Positions 1-9,466 of a stretch of DNA of 64,000 nucleotides are shown piece after piece. The notes under the pieces were generated by a model that was not told the origin of the DNA, searched no databases, and worked only from the letters and a program-made list of their open reading frames with translations. The stretch comes from a virus (taxonomy: Duplodnaviria; Caudoviricetes): positions 61,037 to 125,036 of IMG/VR virus record IMGVR_UViG_3300043432_000237; one strand, written 5' to 3'. The translations under genes were made by a program, and so were the position numbers. The first letter of the stretch is position 1, and each line of letters starts with the position of its first letter.

Positions 1-34
1 TGTTCGGGGATGTGGGGCGCTGCGGCAGGGGCGG

Positions 35-433
35 GTGATGAGCGCGATAGGCATTGGCTCGAAGCTCTGGAGGTTCGACCAGAACCGGCGCTTCTACGCG
101 CCACCGGAGAACAAGGGGGGCTTCGGCAAGCTCATCTGGCGTGAGCACTGGGTCCCCATGGTGGTGTGCGGGGAGACGCGGGTGTCCTGGCTAGTCGGGT
201 ACGCGCCCAGCGCGATCAATCGCCACCGAACGCCGTCCGTCACGCACAAGCTGCCGAAGGCGGAGTTCCGAAACGGTGGGTGCCCCAGGGACTGGGCGCT
301 CTCAGAAGAGCATCTGGACGAGCTGGCGTGGGCTGAAGAAAACCGGTGTCGGCTGTCCGATCTGGTGCAGCGCTGTAACGACCCCAAGGTGCTGCGCGCG
401 GTAGATGAGGTGTTGCGTGGAGGTGCACGGTGA
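35..433 (+). CDS. hypothetical phage protein
   Basis: 132 aa ORF, GTGA overlap with next gene. Confidence 0.7.
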   Translation: MMSAIGIGSKLWRFDQNRRFYAPPENKGGFGKLIWREHWVPMVVCGETRVSWLVGYAPSAINRHRTPSVTHKLPKAEFRNGGCPRDWALSEEHLDELAWAEENRCRLSDLVQRCNDPKVLRAVDEVLRGGAR

Positions 434-1083
434 CAGTGCTGTTTACAGCTGCGGAGCTGCGAGCAATGCGGAAGGCCTTCGTGGTGCAGGACGACGGCGG
501 CGAGGGTCACGGCGACGTCGTGTTTGCGCGCAACGCGATGGAGGCCCGCCGCATCGGCGCTGCCGACCTGGACACCGACGAAACTGCGCTGACTGTTTGC
601 CGCGCACCCGAGTTCGATGCGTGCGCGAGCATGGAAGCAGTGCGTGCGGAGCAGCTGGATCGAGGCTGGTGGTTCACGTGTGGGCACTGCGAAAGGCATG
701 TTGATCAGGATGGCACCCGATACGTCGGCGAAGCTGACTACGAATATCCGTTCGATCCGGTCATCCGGGGCAGAGACGTGTACTGTGACGGGTGGTGCGC
801 GGGCGCGGAAGCGGTAGCGCACGTCGAACGACGGATTCAAAAGTGGACCGTGGTCGAGGCGGCGATGGAGAAGTTCCCGGGTGCCGTGATCTGCGACGTG
901 TCAGCGAACACCTATCACATGACCCGCAGGAACGAGATCGTACCCACGGTGCGGTTTCAGGTGCCGCCCAGGTACCACGCGACGTTTACTTGGCAGCTCG
1001 GGGACGAGACGCTGCTGATGAACGAATGCGTGCTGGAGGAGTGGAACGAGTACAGGGTGCTGAGGCAGGAGAAGCGGACATGA
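430..1083 (+). CDS. hypothetical phage protein with Cys motifs
   Basis: GGAGG RBS; GWWFTCGHC and YCDGWC motifs; coupled to both neighbours. Confidence 0.75.
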   Translation: MTVLFTAAELRAMRKAFVVQDDGGEGHGDVVFARNAMEARRIGAADLDTDETALTVCRAPEFDACASMEAVRAEQLDRGWWFTCGHCERHVDQDGTRYVGEADYEYPFDPVIRGRDVYCDGWCAGAEAVAHVERRIQKWTVVEAAMEKFPGAVICDVSANTYHMTRRNEIVPTVRFQVPPRYHATFTWQLGDETLLMNECVLEEWNEYRVLRQEKRT

Positions 1084-1403
1084 GGCTCGACAAGGTCATC
1101 GAGGCGTTACGCCCGTTTGTGGATGAGGGCTACCCGCATGTCGTCTCCAACGCTGACAAGCTGCGCGCTGCGGGCATCGTGCGCGAATACGACCGGCTCC
1201 CGCGTGCGAAAAACTACGACGCAGGCGCCGCGCAGCCAACGACTGTGGTTCTGGGGACCAATGGGCGTCACGTCGTGCTCCAGTCTTCCGGCAACGAAGA
1301 GGTCGAGCCGAGCTACATCGTCTGGTCGCCTGCTCAGGCCAGAGAGATTGCTGAGCACCTGCTGCGACTGGCGGCGCACTTGGAGGAAGGAACAAGGGTA
1401 TGA
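1080..1403 (+). CDS. hypothetical protein
   Basis: ATG at 1080 (MRLDKVIEAL) overlaps upstream stop; GGAG RBS. Confidence 0.7.
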   Translation: MRLDKVIEALRPFVDEGYPHVVSNADKLRAAGIVREYDRLPRAKNYDAGAAQPTTVVLGTNGRHVVLQSSGNEEVEPSYIVWSPAQAREIAEHLLRLAAHLEEGTRV

Positions 1404-2002
1404 CCGAGCTGGAGTCTCCGGAAGAGTTCGCCAGTGCGCTGGCTGCTAGCATGGATGTGCTGGGAGGCGGAGTGTGGTCACCTTCGGTCAGCGCCACCCG
1501 AGAAACCATCGAGCTGATTCTTACTCGGGACGCAGCGCTGGCGACCAGGCGAACTGCGCTCGATGAGGCTGCTGAGGAAATCGCGCACCTCTGCGGGTGC
1601 TCGACGTGGGACTACCCGGCCCAGTTAGTACGGTGGGTGGCCGACCTCAAGGCCGAGCGCGACGTGCTGCGCTCTGAGCTGTCTGGCGCCGCTCGCGCGC
1701 TCGAACAGGCCGATGCGTGGATCGGCGGGTTTGCAGGTCACGTGCGATCTGCGCGCGCCGCGCTGGCGTTTGGCACTCAACCCAGTAGCGGTGTGAATGA
1801 TGCCGACGTTCGCTTTCTCGCCGAAGCCATCTCCGCCCGCGATTCCACCATCCGCGCGGCGGTGCTCGAAGAGGCGGCGCGCACCTGTTCCGACCTGTCC
1901 CGCAACGCCTACCGGCACGCGCCGGACATCACCGCCGAGACAGCCGCGCATGAGTGCGCCGACGCCATCCGCGCCCTCGCCACGAAAGGACCGACCCGAT
2001 GA
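1400..2002 (+). CDS. hypothetical phage protein
   Basis: C-terminal AVLEEAA..C...ECADAIRAL motif common in phage early proteins. Confidence 0.75.
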   Translation: MTELESPEEFASALAASMDVLGGGVWSPSVSATRETIELILTRDAALATRRTALDEAAEEIAHLCGCSTWDYPAQLVRWVADLKAERDVLRSELSGAARALEQADAWIGGFAGHVRSARAALAFGTQPSSGVNDADVRFLAEAISARDSTIRAAVLEEAARTCSDLSRNAYRHAPDITAETAAHECADAIRALATKGPTR

Positions 2003-2622
2003 CCGACACCGACGACGTGATTCGTGAGGTGCGGAGGCTGGACGCGGAGGCAACGAGTGGGCCGTGGTTCTACAACAGCTACTCCACCGTGTTCTCCGAG
2101 CCGGCCTCTGAGGCGTACGAAGCGCTCGTCCAGGCCATCCCCGACGACGCGCCGGACGAGGCGTGGGAGGCCCTGCCCGCTGGCTACGTCGCGTCGGTCC
2201 CCGTCGTTGGCGGCGACACGGCTACTGCGGAGGGGTCAAAAGACGCCGCACTGATAGCCCACTTCCGCACCGCCGCCCCCCTGCTCGCGGCCGAGGTAGA
2301 GCGGCTGAGGGCGGAGAATGCGGCACGTCGCGAGGAGCTGCGCCTCGCCCAGTGTCCGAACCCGCGCGACCCGGAGTACGCCGGCCACTGTGAGACGTGC
2401 TCGGGGCTGTCCGTCGCGCGCACGCGGAGGCTTGCGGAACTGGAGGCTGAGAATGCGGAGCTGCGGGAGGCGTTGGTCGTCGCCGAGCAATCGCTGGGCT
2501 GGTGGGCGTCATCGAGCCACGCGAAGCGGTTCGTGTGGGACGGGCGCGAGCAAGACCCAAACGGCACGCACCACGCACTGGTAGTCGCCCGCGCAGCGCT
2601 CGCGAAGGGAGGCGGCAAGTGA
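1999..2622 (+). CDS. Ead/Ea22-like phage protein
   Basis: ATSGPW...DAALIAHFRTAAPLLAAEVERLR signature; AAAGGA RBS before ATG 1999. Confidence 0.7.
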   Translation: MTDTDDVIREVRRLDAEATSGPWFYNSYSTVFSEPASEAYEALVQAIPDDAPDEAWEALPAGYVASVPVVGGDTATAEGSKDAALIAHFRTAAPLLAAEVERLRAENAARREELRLAQCPNPRDPEYAGHCETCSGLSVARTRRLAELEAENAELREALVVAEQSLGWWASSSHAKRFVWDGREQDPNGTHHALVVARAALAKGGGK

Positions 2623-3359
2623 GTGAACTGAAGTTGGCGACGGGAACCGATGGCAAGTTGTGTCTGATGGCGAGCGTTCCAGGTGTCGCAGCGATGTTCG
2701 GTCTAGATGACCTGGTCCAGTGCCTCAAGGCCAACCCCGAGGCGTGCGCGGAGGTGTGGGACGCGCTGTGCGAGACGGAATGCGCCGGGCTCGTGTCGCG
2801 CCGCTGGTACGTGGGGGAGCAGACCGCGCGCAAAGAAGCCGAAGCCCGCGCAGAGAAGTTCGCCGCAGAGCGCGAGGAGAAGCCCGCGCAGGGAAGGCGG
2901 GAGGACGAACGCGAGAGAGGGGAGCCCGCTCTGACTTGCCGTGCATGTGGCAAGCCTCTCGTGGGTGAAGAGCAGCGCATCGTCGTGCCTCCCTGGATTT
3001 GCACCTGCGAGGCGTGTGCGGGCTACCCGCCTCGCTCGCGTGACGGGATTGCCCCCGACCCAGCGGTAGCGAAGGCACTGATCGAGCTGCAGGACACGTG
3101 GGGGATCGACGGAGAGCAAGCGGAGCACGTCGCCGAGGTGCTGAATGACGTCTACAATGCGGCCTACCTGTCGGCGGCGACCCAAACACATGCGTGGCGC
3201 CGGCTGACCGCGGACCCGGAATCCTGTCCGGCTGAGGGGGACACGGTGGTGTTGCTCGACGAGGACAACCAGGAGCTGCGCCTGGCCGAGTGGCCCCCGC
3301 TGGTAGCGGATCACGGCTGGACGCACTGGCAACCGGTGCCGTGGCAGGAGCCACCGTGA
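2619..3359 (+). CDS. hypothetical protein with DUF551-like C-terminus
   Basis: GTG overlap; CxxC pairs; ends WTHWQPVP. Confidence 0.6.
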   Translation: MSELKLATGTDGKLCLMASVPGVAAMFGLDDLVQCLKANPEACAEVWDALCETECAGLVSRRWYVGEQTARKEAEARAEKFAAEREEKPAQGRREDERERGEPALTCRACGKPLVGEEQRIVVPPWICTCEACAGYPPRSRDGIAPDPAVAKALIELQDTWGIDGEQAEHVAEVLNDVYNAAYLSAATQTHAWRRLTADPESCPAEGDTVVLLDEDNQELRLAEWPPLVADHGWTHWQPVPWQEPP

Positions 3360-3730
3360 GCGAGTCAGCTTGGCACGAGTGTGACCAGTGGATGGTGAGA
3401 GTCGATGGGGGTCCAGGGTTCTGGGCTCCCAGCTGTGGCGGCGTGTTCAGGTGCGACGAATGCGGAGACCTGGTGGGGTGGTGTTGCGGCGGCTCCGAGG
3501 ACTGGGTAGACGAGACCAAGCCCGATCCGGGGGTTATCTGTAACGAGTGCTGGGTGGAGCACTACGGAGAGGAAGACGACGACGATGGTGGTGGAAGGCA
3601 GAGATCTGATGGTGGTCACGCTGAAGGCACACGCTCAGCACGTGCTGCAAAGGCTACTGCGACCCGTGCGACGAATCGTCAGCGCGGAGCTGGTCGAGGA
3701 CCAGCGCGTCACCGGAGACATTCTGAGTGA
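3356..3730 (+). CDS. Cys-rich hypothetical protein
   Basis: AGGAG RBS, GTG at 3356; RCDECGDLVGWCCGG...ICNECW; 3' part overlaps next ORF. Confidence 0.5.
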   Translation: MSESAWHECDQWMVRVDGGPGFWAPSCGGVFRCDECGDLVGWCCGGSEDWVDETKPDPGVICNECWVEHYGEEDDDDGGGRQRSDGGHAEGTRSARAAKATATRATNRQRGAGRGPARHRRHSE

Positions 3731-4061
3731 GCTACTGGGCTCGCGCCGGTGCGCGGAAGGCAACGCTTGCCTGGCGCAGGAGCTGGCGCTCCGCATCGAA
3801 CGATCGGAGGCGCAGCTGTATCAGGTGGGCGCGACGCGCGGAGACATTCTGCAGCGGGCCACGCGCGTCCGGGCCTTGTTCGACGTCATGCTGAACGAAC
3901 CCGACCCGGTCGAGCTGCTGACTGCATTGGAGGACGCGCTGTACCTGGCCGAAGAGGGCTGGTCGTACGCGGACGAGTACTTCCAGAAGAAGTGGGAGTT
4001 CAAGCAACGGCTTGCTACGCTGCGTGCCGTGGTCCAGGACGCAAAGGAGAAGCTGCAGTGA
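3585..4061 (+). CDS. hypothetical protein
   Basis: 158 aa helical ORF coupled to the FkbM gene. Confidence 0.65.
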   Translation: MVVEGRDLMVVTLKAHAQHVLQRLLRPVRRIVSAELVEDQRVTGDILSELLGSRRCAEGNACLAQELALRIERSEAQLYQVGATRGDILQRATRVRALFDVMLNEPDPVELLTALEDALYLAEEGWSYADEYFQKKWEFKQRLATLRAVVQDAKEKLQ

Positions 4062-4882
4062 ACGTCGGCAAGCTGTTGGCAACGGAGGAGCGTGAGCCCG
4101 TCGAGCGCTGGGTGCGCGCGCACGTGCAGACGGTGTACTGCGGATCCAACGTCGCGCTCTGTCGCGTGCTGGGGAAGTACCTGTGCCAGGTCGACACGCG
4201 CGACTTGTCGCTGGCACCGTACCTGATGTTGGACGGTTTCTGGGAGATGTGGATTTCGCAAGCCATCGCGCGGCACGTGCAGCCGGGAATGATCTGCGTG
4301 GACGTGGGCGCGTGCTTCGGCTACTACACGCTGCTGTTTGCCGAGCTGGCGGGCCCCAGCGGTCATGTGATCAGCTACGAGCCCAACCCGGCCTGCGCTC
4401 AGCTCCTGCGGCGCACGTTGGCCTTGAACGGTCTGACTGAGCTAGTGGACGTGCGAGAGAGCGCCGTGGGCAGCGAGCAGGGCATGGCGAGACTGTGCCT
4501 CATGCCAGACCGCTGGGGCGACTCGCGGCTGAGCGAGTCCGTGCCACCGCGCGAGACCGGACAGCCCGAGTCGCTGTCGTTTGCTGTTCGGAAAGCTCCG
4601 CTGGATCTGGATCAGCGCGTGGACGTGATGAAGATCGACGCGGAGGGCTCCGAGCCGGACATCTGGGTGGGCATGCAGGAGCTGCTGCGTCGCGACAACC
4701 CGTTGGTCCTGATGGAGTTCGCGCCCTCGGCGCTCAAATCGCCCGAGGCGCTGCTGGCCCTGGTGACGTCGTCCGGCTACGAGCTGGCCATCGTGGACGA
4801 GGCGGGGCTTCGTCGCCCGGCGACCCGTGAGTACCTGCTGGGGGACGGGGAAATCAGGACCCTCTGGCTGCAGCGCCAGTAG
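4058..4882 (+). CDS. FkbM-family SAM-dependent methyltransferase
   Basis: VDVGACFGYYT, SYEPNP and MKIDAEGSE motifs; GTG start at 4058 after AAGGAG. Confidence 0.88.
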   Translation: MNVGKLLATEEREPVERWVRAHVQTVYCGSNVALCRVLGKYLCQVDTRDLSLAPYLMLDGFWEMWISQAIARHVQPGMICVDVGACFGYYTLLFAELAGPSGHVISYEPNPACAQLLRRTLALNGLTELVDVRESAVGSEQGMARLCLMPDRWGDSRLSESVPPRETGQPESLSFAVRKAPLDLDQRVDVMKIDAEGSEPDIWVGMQELLRRDNPLVLMEFAPSALKSPEALLALVTSSGYELAIVDEAGLRRPATREYLLGDGEIRTLWLQRQ

Positions 4883-4894
4883 GGCCCGAAAAAG

Positions 4895-4930
4895 TTGACC
4901 CACGCCGCCGCCCAGACCTAGCATGCCCAC
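4895..4930 (+). promoter_or_regulatory. putative leaderless promoter TTGACC-N18-TAGCAT-N6-ATG
   Basis: Same geometry recurs before about a dozen genes. Confidence 0.65.
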
Positions 4931-5344
4931 ATGGCACTAGGTGTTGGCAGCGTCGTCATGATGTCTCTCAGCTCGGCAGACTTGCCGGAGAACACTGCAC
5001 AGGGTCCGGACGTGCAGCCGCAGCCGCCGGTTCTGGGCGTGGTGGAGGCGGACGCTGGCGGCGGAGTCGCCTGGGATATCTCCTGGGGGAACGGCAACCG
5101 CACGCTGGCCGTCCCAAGCGGTGGCATTCAAGATCTCTACTCGGTCAGTCCGGCGGAACGCGCTCGGCTGTTCGGGCGCGTGGTCTCGATCGATGGCGAG
5201 AGCGCCGAGTACTGGGGCCAGGTCGTGGAGATGTATCGCCGCGGCTCGACCGAGTCCGAAGAGAAGGCGCTGGTGTGCATGTTCAGCACCGGCGCGTACC
5301 GCGAAGTCAACACGAGCGCACTGGTCGCCGTCCCGGGCCGCTGA
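4931..5344 (+). CDS. hypothetical protein, paralog of 5366..5770
   Basis: MALGVGSVV..SADLPEN..GPDV..QPP shared with next gene. Confidence 0.85.
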   Translation: MALGVGSVVMMSLSSADLPENTAQGPDVQPQPPVLGVVEADAGGGVAWDISWGNGNRTLAVPSGGIQDLYSVSPAERARLFGRVVSIDGESAEYWGQVVEMYRRGSTESEEKALVCMFSTGAYREVNTSALVAVPGR

Positions 5345-5365
5345 AGGAACTGAGGAGCAAGACAC

Positions 5366-5770
5366 ATGGCATTGGGAGTTGGATCGATCGTCACGCAGAA
5401 GGTTGCCAGCGCAGATCTGCCCGAGAACCTCGAAGGCCCGGATGTGCTTGCGCAGCCCCCTCAGTACGGCAAGGTCGTGGCCGTCGGCAGCCCGGGCTGG
5501 AACGTGCTCTGGCAGCAGGGCGTCCTGCAAACGAACATGGCGGCGACCGTGTTCGATGACCTCTACGCGGTCAGCGCGAACTCGCGCGCAGCGTACCTGG
5601 GTCAGGTCGTGCGGGTGGCCGGCGAATCACCCGAGTACCAGTACCAGGTCATGTCGATGTTCCGGCGTGGCGCGGCCGTCAACGCCGAGCGCGCCTCACT
5701 GAAGGCCCTGAACTCCCGCGGCTACCGCGAAGTGCTCGTGACGCAGCTGGTCGCCGTCACGGGTCGGTGA
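5366..5770 (+). CDS. hypothetical protein, paralog of 4931..5344
   Basis: GAGGAG RBS; colinear similarity over full length. Confidence 0.85.
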   Translation: MALGVGSIVTQKVASADLPENLEGPDVLAQPPQYGKVVAVGSPGWNVLWQQGVLQTNMAATVFDDLYAVSANSRAAYLGQVVRVAGESPEYQYQVMSMFRRGAAVNAERASLKALNSRGYREVLVTQLVAVTGR

Positions 5771-6189
5771 TGGATCTCGACCGCGCCAACCTCCTGGCGT
5801 GCGCACAGGCCTGCCTGTCGGCCATCCGCGAGGCGGATGTTGCCTGCGATGCGCTGGACCAGGACGACCGGGACCAGGCCCGCGCCCGCGCGGAGGCCGC
5901 CCAGGCTGCCAGCCAGCGCGCCCGGCGCATGCTCAAGCAGGTCGTACAGCGGCTGCCCTCCCATAGCCGCCAGGCGCGGCTGGCGCGGGCCGCCGTGGAG
6001 GCCACGGAGACGGCCATCGAGGGCTCCAGTGGGGCGGTGGAGACGGACGTGCTGGACAGCCGCCTGGGGCGCGCCCAGCGGGCTGTGGTGGCGGTGTTCG
6101 ACTGCCTCGGCGAGCCCCGGCCGCCGGTGCCGGTGCGGCAAGGTCCGGCCGCCCAGCTCCCGCGCCCGCCGCTCAGCGCCTCACGGTGA
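5767..6189 (+). CDS. hypothetical helical protein
   Basis: Coupled start, high GC3. Confidence 0.6.
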   Translation: MMDLDRANLLACAQACLSAIREADVACDALDQDDRDQARARAEAAQAASQRARRMLKQVVQRLPSHSRQARLARAAVEATETAIEGSSGAVETDVLDSRLGRAQRAVVAVFDCLGEPRPPVPVRQGPAAQLPRPPLSASR

Positions 6190-6619
6190 ACCCGAACAGC
6201 CGGGCGGTGTCGACGACCACGGGCTCCTCGCCCTGGTTCTCGAAGGTCAGGCTCAGACACTCGCCCGGGGCGCACCAGACGAAGGTCAGCAGAAGATCAC
6301 GCCCCCAGGCTTCTAGCCCGTTCTGGCGCCGCAGGTTAATGACCAGCCCGGGCTGCTCGATGCGCGTCAACACGAGGTGCTGGTCGACGGCGACCGTGCG
6401 CGTCAGGTGCACCTTGTCGCCAGGAGGCACCACCCACGTTTCTGGGTTGGGCCAGATCGATCCGTCTGCCAGTGTTCCATCCAAGGCCACCAGCACGTCG
6501 ATGGCGTTCAGTGTCGCGCGCAGCTCCTTGTCACCCAGTTGTTGCAGCGCGCTGCGCAGCAAAGCGACCTCGCTGCTCAAGACCTGCACGCGCGCCAGAA
6601 GCTGAGCAGGGGTGTCCAT
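6173..6619 (-). CDS. hypothetical protein
   Basis: 148 aa, abuts upstream gene. Confidence 0.65.
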   Translation of the reverse strand: MDTPAQLLARVQVLSSEVALLRSALQQLGDKELRATLNAIDVLVALDGTLADGSIWPNPETWVVPPGDKVHLTRTVAVDQHLVLTRIEQPGLVINLRRQNGLEAWGRDLLLTFVWCAPGECLSLTFENQGEEPVVVDTARLFGFTVRR

Positions 6620-6961
6620 CTACCGCGCGCCGTGGGGAAAGCAGAAGGGACAGTACGGTGAGCACTCCGTCGTGCCCGGGTCCAGCTGAACGCACACGCG
6701 CTCGTGAGGCACAGACTGGCGCAAGGTCGCGCGCAGCTCGGCGATGTCGTCCAGCGCGCTCGCCAAGCGCTGCTCCGCCTCGTTCCGTGCGGCCAGCGCG
6801 CTCTGCCACTTCTCGAACAGCTCCGCAATGGCCGCCCGCGCGGCGCTCGGCGAAACGATGGCCCCGAACGCTACCGAGCGAATCGCTTCCGCCCACTCGT
6901 CGGCTTCACTGCGCGCGCGGCGCAAAGCCTCCCGCAGTGTCTCTAGCTCCTGGTCAGCCAT
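6620..6961 (-). CDS. coiled-coil protein with C-terminal Cys cluster
   Basis: Heptad-like sequence; CSPYCPFC. Confidence 0.65.
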   Translation of the reverse strand: MADQELETLREALRRARSEADEWAEAIRSVAFGAIVSPSAARAAIAELFEKWQSALAARNEAEQRLASALDDIAELRATLRQSVPHERVCVQLDPGTTECSPYCPFCFPHGAR

Positions 6962-7145
6962 GGTGCGCCCGTTCGCGTTTGGCGCGCGAGCGACAGCGCG
7001 GCGAGCAGTAGGTCGGGTACCTTCCGCGTACGCGCCTCACCGGCAGTGATCCGAAACACACCGGGCAAGAACCCTGGGTCAGAATCACTTGGCGCTCCGT
7101 CCACCGCCGCTCCGAGCGGTTCAGATCACGCGCAGGGGACATCAC
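6954..7145 (-). CDS. small zinc-finger protein (CGNR-like)
   Basis: CPVC...GRYPTYCSPRCRSRAKR. Confidence 0.65.
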   Translation of the reverse strand: MMSPARDLNRSERRWTERQVILTQGSCPVCFGSLPVRRVRGRYPTYCSPRCRSRAKRERAHHG

Positions 7146-7312
7146 AAACCCATGATGAACTTCTCGATGATCTCCCGGTAGGAGACCCTGCGGTTCTCGC
7201 GCTCGCTGCGCTTGAGCGCGTACGACTGGAGCTTGTCCATCAGTGCCGGCTTGATGCGCACTGCGAGCAAATGCTCCGACTTCTTACCCTTCTGCGACGA
7301 GCTGCTAGCCAT
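7142..7312 (-). CDS. 56-aa ribbon-helix-helix-like DNA-binding protein (not in ORF track)
   Basis: Hand translation MASSSSQKGKKSEHLLAVRIKPALMDKLQSYALKRSERENRRVSYREIIEKFIMGL; strand-helix-turn-helix pattern; stop overlaps next start. Confidence 0.7.
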   Translation of the reverse strand: MASSSSQKGKKSEHLLAVRIKPALMDKLQSYALKRSERENRRVSYREIIEKFIMGL

Positions 7313-7351
7313 GTCAGCGTGACGCTAGCCGTGCTAGCAGTGCCGCGTCAA
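7304..7351 (-). promoter_or_regulatory. promoter with GCTAGC boxes (TTGACG-N7-GCTAGC-N3-GCTAGC)
   Basis: Identical geometry at 16249..16276; third GCTAGC at 7304..7309. Confidence 0.6.
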
Positions 7352-7359
7352 GCGCGAAA

Positions 7360-7923
7360 TCACAGGAGCCACTGCCAGAGGGCGCCTGCCCAGGCCGCGT
7401 AGCCCTTCGCCGTCGGGTGGATGCGGTCCGGAGCCCGCGGGATCTGCAAGGTCTGGCTCGGGAAGTACTGGGAGGCTGGGATCTTGCTCTGCAAGAAGGC
7501 GACGATGCCGTTTGAAGGTTTGGGCAGCGTCGGCGGGCCGATCCAGACCACCTCGGCCGGAGCCAAGCGTTGCAGGAGCTGGTCGAGGTAGGGGGACTGG
7601 CGCTGGACCGCGTTGCCAGTCAGGTACTCGTCGTTCGTGCCGAGCGAGACCAGCACCAGGGTCGGGCGAAAGGCCGACAGCGTCTGCTGCAGAGCCGCGC
7701 TCTGCGCCCACTGGTCGATGCGCGTGCTGACGGTGGCCGTGCCCAAAAACGGCACCTTCTGCTCGGCCGCGAGCGCCTTGAGCTGAGGCGCCAAGCCGAC
7801 CGCCAAGCTGTCACCGATCAGCAGCAGGCGCGTCCCGGCGTGCACCTTGGGTGCCCGGATGGCACGCACCAAACCCACACCGAGCGCCGCAGCGAGCCCC
7901 GCGTATACCCAACGACGATCCAC
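7360..7923 (-). CDS. SGNH/GDSL hydrolase with N-terminal membrane anchor
   Basis: IGDSLA, LGTND and DRIHP catalytic blocks; hydrophobic N-terminus. Confidence 0.88.
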   Translation of the reverse strand: MDRRWVYAGLAAALGVGLVRAIRAPKVHAGTRLLLIGDSLAVGLAPQLKALAAEQKVPFLGTATVSTRIDQWAQSAALQQTLSAFRPTLVLVSLGTNDEYLTGNAVQRQSPYLDQLLQRLAPAEVVWIGPPTLPKPSNGIVAFLQSKIPASQYFPSQTLQIPRAPDRIHPTAKGYAAWAGALWQWLL

Positions 7924-7954
7924 GATCCCGACGGTACCGCCGCCCGGGCCATCC

Positions 7955-8674
7955 TCACAAGTTTTTCAGCAGGCCCGCGCGCTGCAGAGCGAAGTAGCCG
8001 AGCACGGCCGCGCCGGCTCCCAGCGTGAGCGTGCCGAGCGACGCCGCCACCGAGGACGCGCCCAGCTTCAAGGTCACGCCCAGGTTGTTGTACGCGATGA
8101 CCGAGTAGGGGTAGCTGCCGCAACCGGCCATGTTGAGCTGCTTACTCCAGCAGCCGTTGGCGAGGTTGGTCTGGCTCGGGCAGAGGTGTCCCGCGTTGTA
8201 GTAGCTGGCGGCGGCGACTAGCCCGCGTCCCGCGGCGCGCTTGACGTTGTCGGCGAGCAGGTGGGTGCCCATGTCGATGTTCTTGCCGGGATCAAAACGG
8301 TCCTCCAGCGAGTAACCGTACATCTTGGCGACCATCGGGATGGGCTGCATGATGCCGATCGACGAGAACCCGTCGGCGCTCATGATCGTCGCCTGCTTCG
8401 CGGTCGGATAGCCGCCGGTTTCCAGCGTGGCGATGGCGACAGGCCAGCGCACGGGCAACCCGTACTTCTTGGCCGCGGCTTGAAAGTGTGCGCCCCAGGC
8501 CGTCCACATGCGGATGAAGTTCTTGCCCTGTGGACTGGTCGGGCTGTGCTCGGGCACACCTATTCCAGCGACCTCGATCTTGCCGTCAGGGAGTTCGCGC
8601 CAGTTCGCTCCGCCGCAGGGATTGGTGATCCAGGTCACGAGCTGAGGATCGCCGAATCCGGCGTCCTGGTCCAA
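7955..8674 (-). CDS. lytic transglycosylase (SLT) with C-terminal TM helix
   Basis: AAKKYGL..AIATLETGG, SIGIMQ, DPGKNIDMG and YYNAG motifs; hydrophobic tail followed by basic residues. Confidence 0.85.
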   Translation of the reverse strand: MDQDAGFGDPQLVTWITNPCGGANWRELPDGKIEVAGIGVPEHSPTSPQGKNFIRMWTAWGAHFQAAAKKYGLPVRWPVAIATLETGGYPTAKQATIMSADGFSSIGIMQPIPMVAKMYGYSLEDRFDPGKNIDMGTHLLADNVKRAAGRGLVAAASYYNAGHLCPSQTNLANGCWSKQLNMAGCGSYPYSVIAYNNLGVTLKLGASSVAASLGTLTLGAGAAVLGYFALQRAGLLKNL

Positions 8675-9080
8675 TTCCTCGACGCGCAGGCGCCCAGCTG
8701 CGCAGAGCGGTGAAGGTCGCGGCCAGCTCGACCAGATGCGCCAGGGGCAAGAGCGGCAGCGCCTCGGTCTCCGTACTCTCGGCCAGCAGGATCCTCACGA
8801 TGCGCTGGTCTCCCACGCGCTCACCGGTCACACGCAACACGCTCGCGCGGTACCGCCAGAGAGCCGCCCGCGCCAGCCACTGCACGCGCGGCAGATCTCC
8901 CGCGAGGGCCAGCTCGATCTGATTCTCTCGCGGGTTCAATCTCCAGCAGGACAGCATGGACGGAGAAAGAGCCAGCAACAGCTCCAGGCACTGGTCCTGG
9001 CGCAACGGCCCGTGCCCGACGATGCGCCGCACGCGCGTGCTGTGCCGCGCCCACGGAGGACGAGTCAGGGCAGCGCACAT
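8586..9080 (-). CDS. hypothetical protein
   Basis: GAGG RBS before ATG 9080; 3' overlap with SLT gene. Confidence 0.5.
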   Translation of the reverse strand: MCAALTRPPWARHSTRVRRIVGHGPLRQDQCLELLLALSPSMLSCWRLNPRENQIELALAGDLPRVQWLARAALWRYRASVLRVTGERVGDQRIVRILLAESTETEALPLLPLAHLVELAATFTALRSWAPARRGIGPGRRIRRSSARDLDHQSLRRSELARTP

Positions 9081-9466
9081 GTGGACCTCAGGATGACCCC
9101 GTGAGCCATCAGCACGCTGAGCACGGTGAGGCGAAACAGGGTGTCCTTTGCACGCTGTTCGGGCGGCAGATCGGAGTAGGGCACCAGGCACGGGTGCTCC
9201 TTGGTGCTCTCGTCCTTGACCGGCCCGTGTCGCCACCCATCCCGCAGCTTCAGCTCCATCCAGCGCGCGTGCATGTCCGCTGGACTGCTGTGCGGGTTGT
9301 CCAGCAGCGCCTGCACGCCCTGCAACGCCGAAGAGCGCTGCCAGGCTGGCGCGTAGTCCCAGCAGGGGTGAGAGAAGTCGTGTAGCCCACGACAGAAGGC
9401 ACGGTTGACCTCGTGCGCCGTGCGCGCGGCCAGCTCGATCAGAATCTGCTTGTTCTCAGGTGTCAT
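9065..9466 (-). CDS. RyR-domain phage protein
   Basis: HEVNRAFC..HARWMELKLRDGWRHGPVKDESTKEHPCLVPYSDLPPEQRAKD. Confidence 0.88.
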   Translation of the reverse strand: MTPENKQILIELAARTAHEVNRAFCRGLHDFSHPCWDYAPAWQRSSALQGVQALLDNPHSSPADMHARWMELKLRDGWRHGPVKDESTKEHPCLVPYSDLPPEQRAKDTLFRLTVLSVLMAHGVILRSTCALP

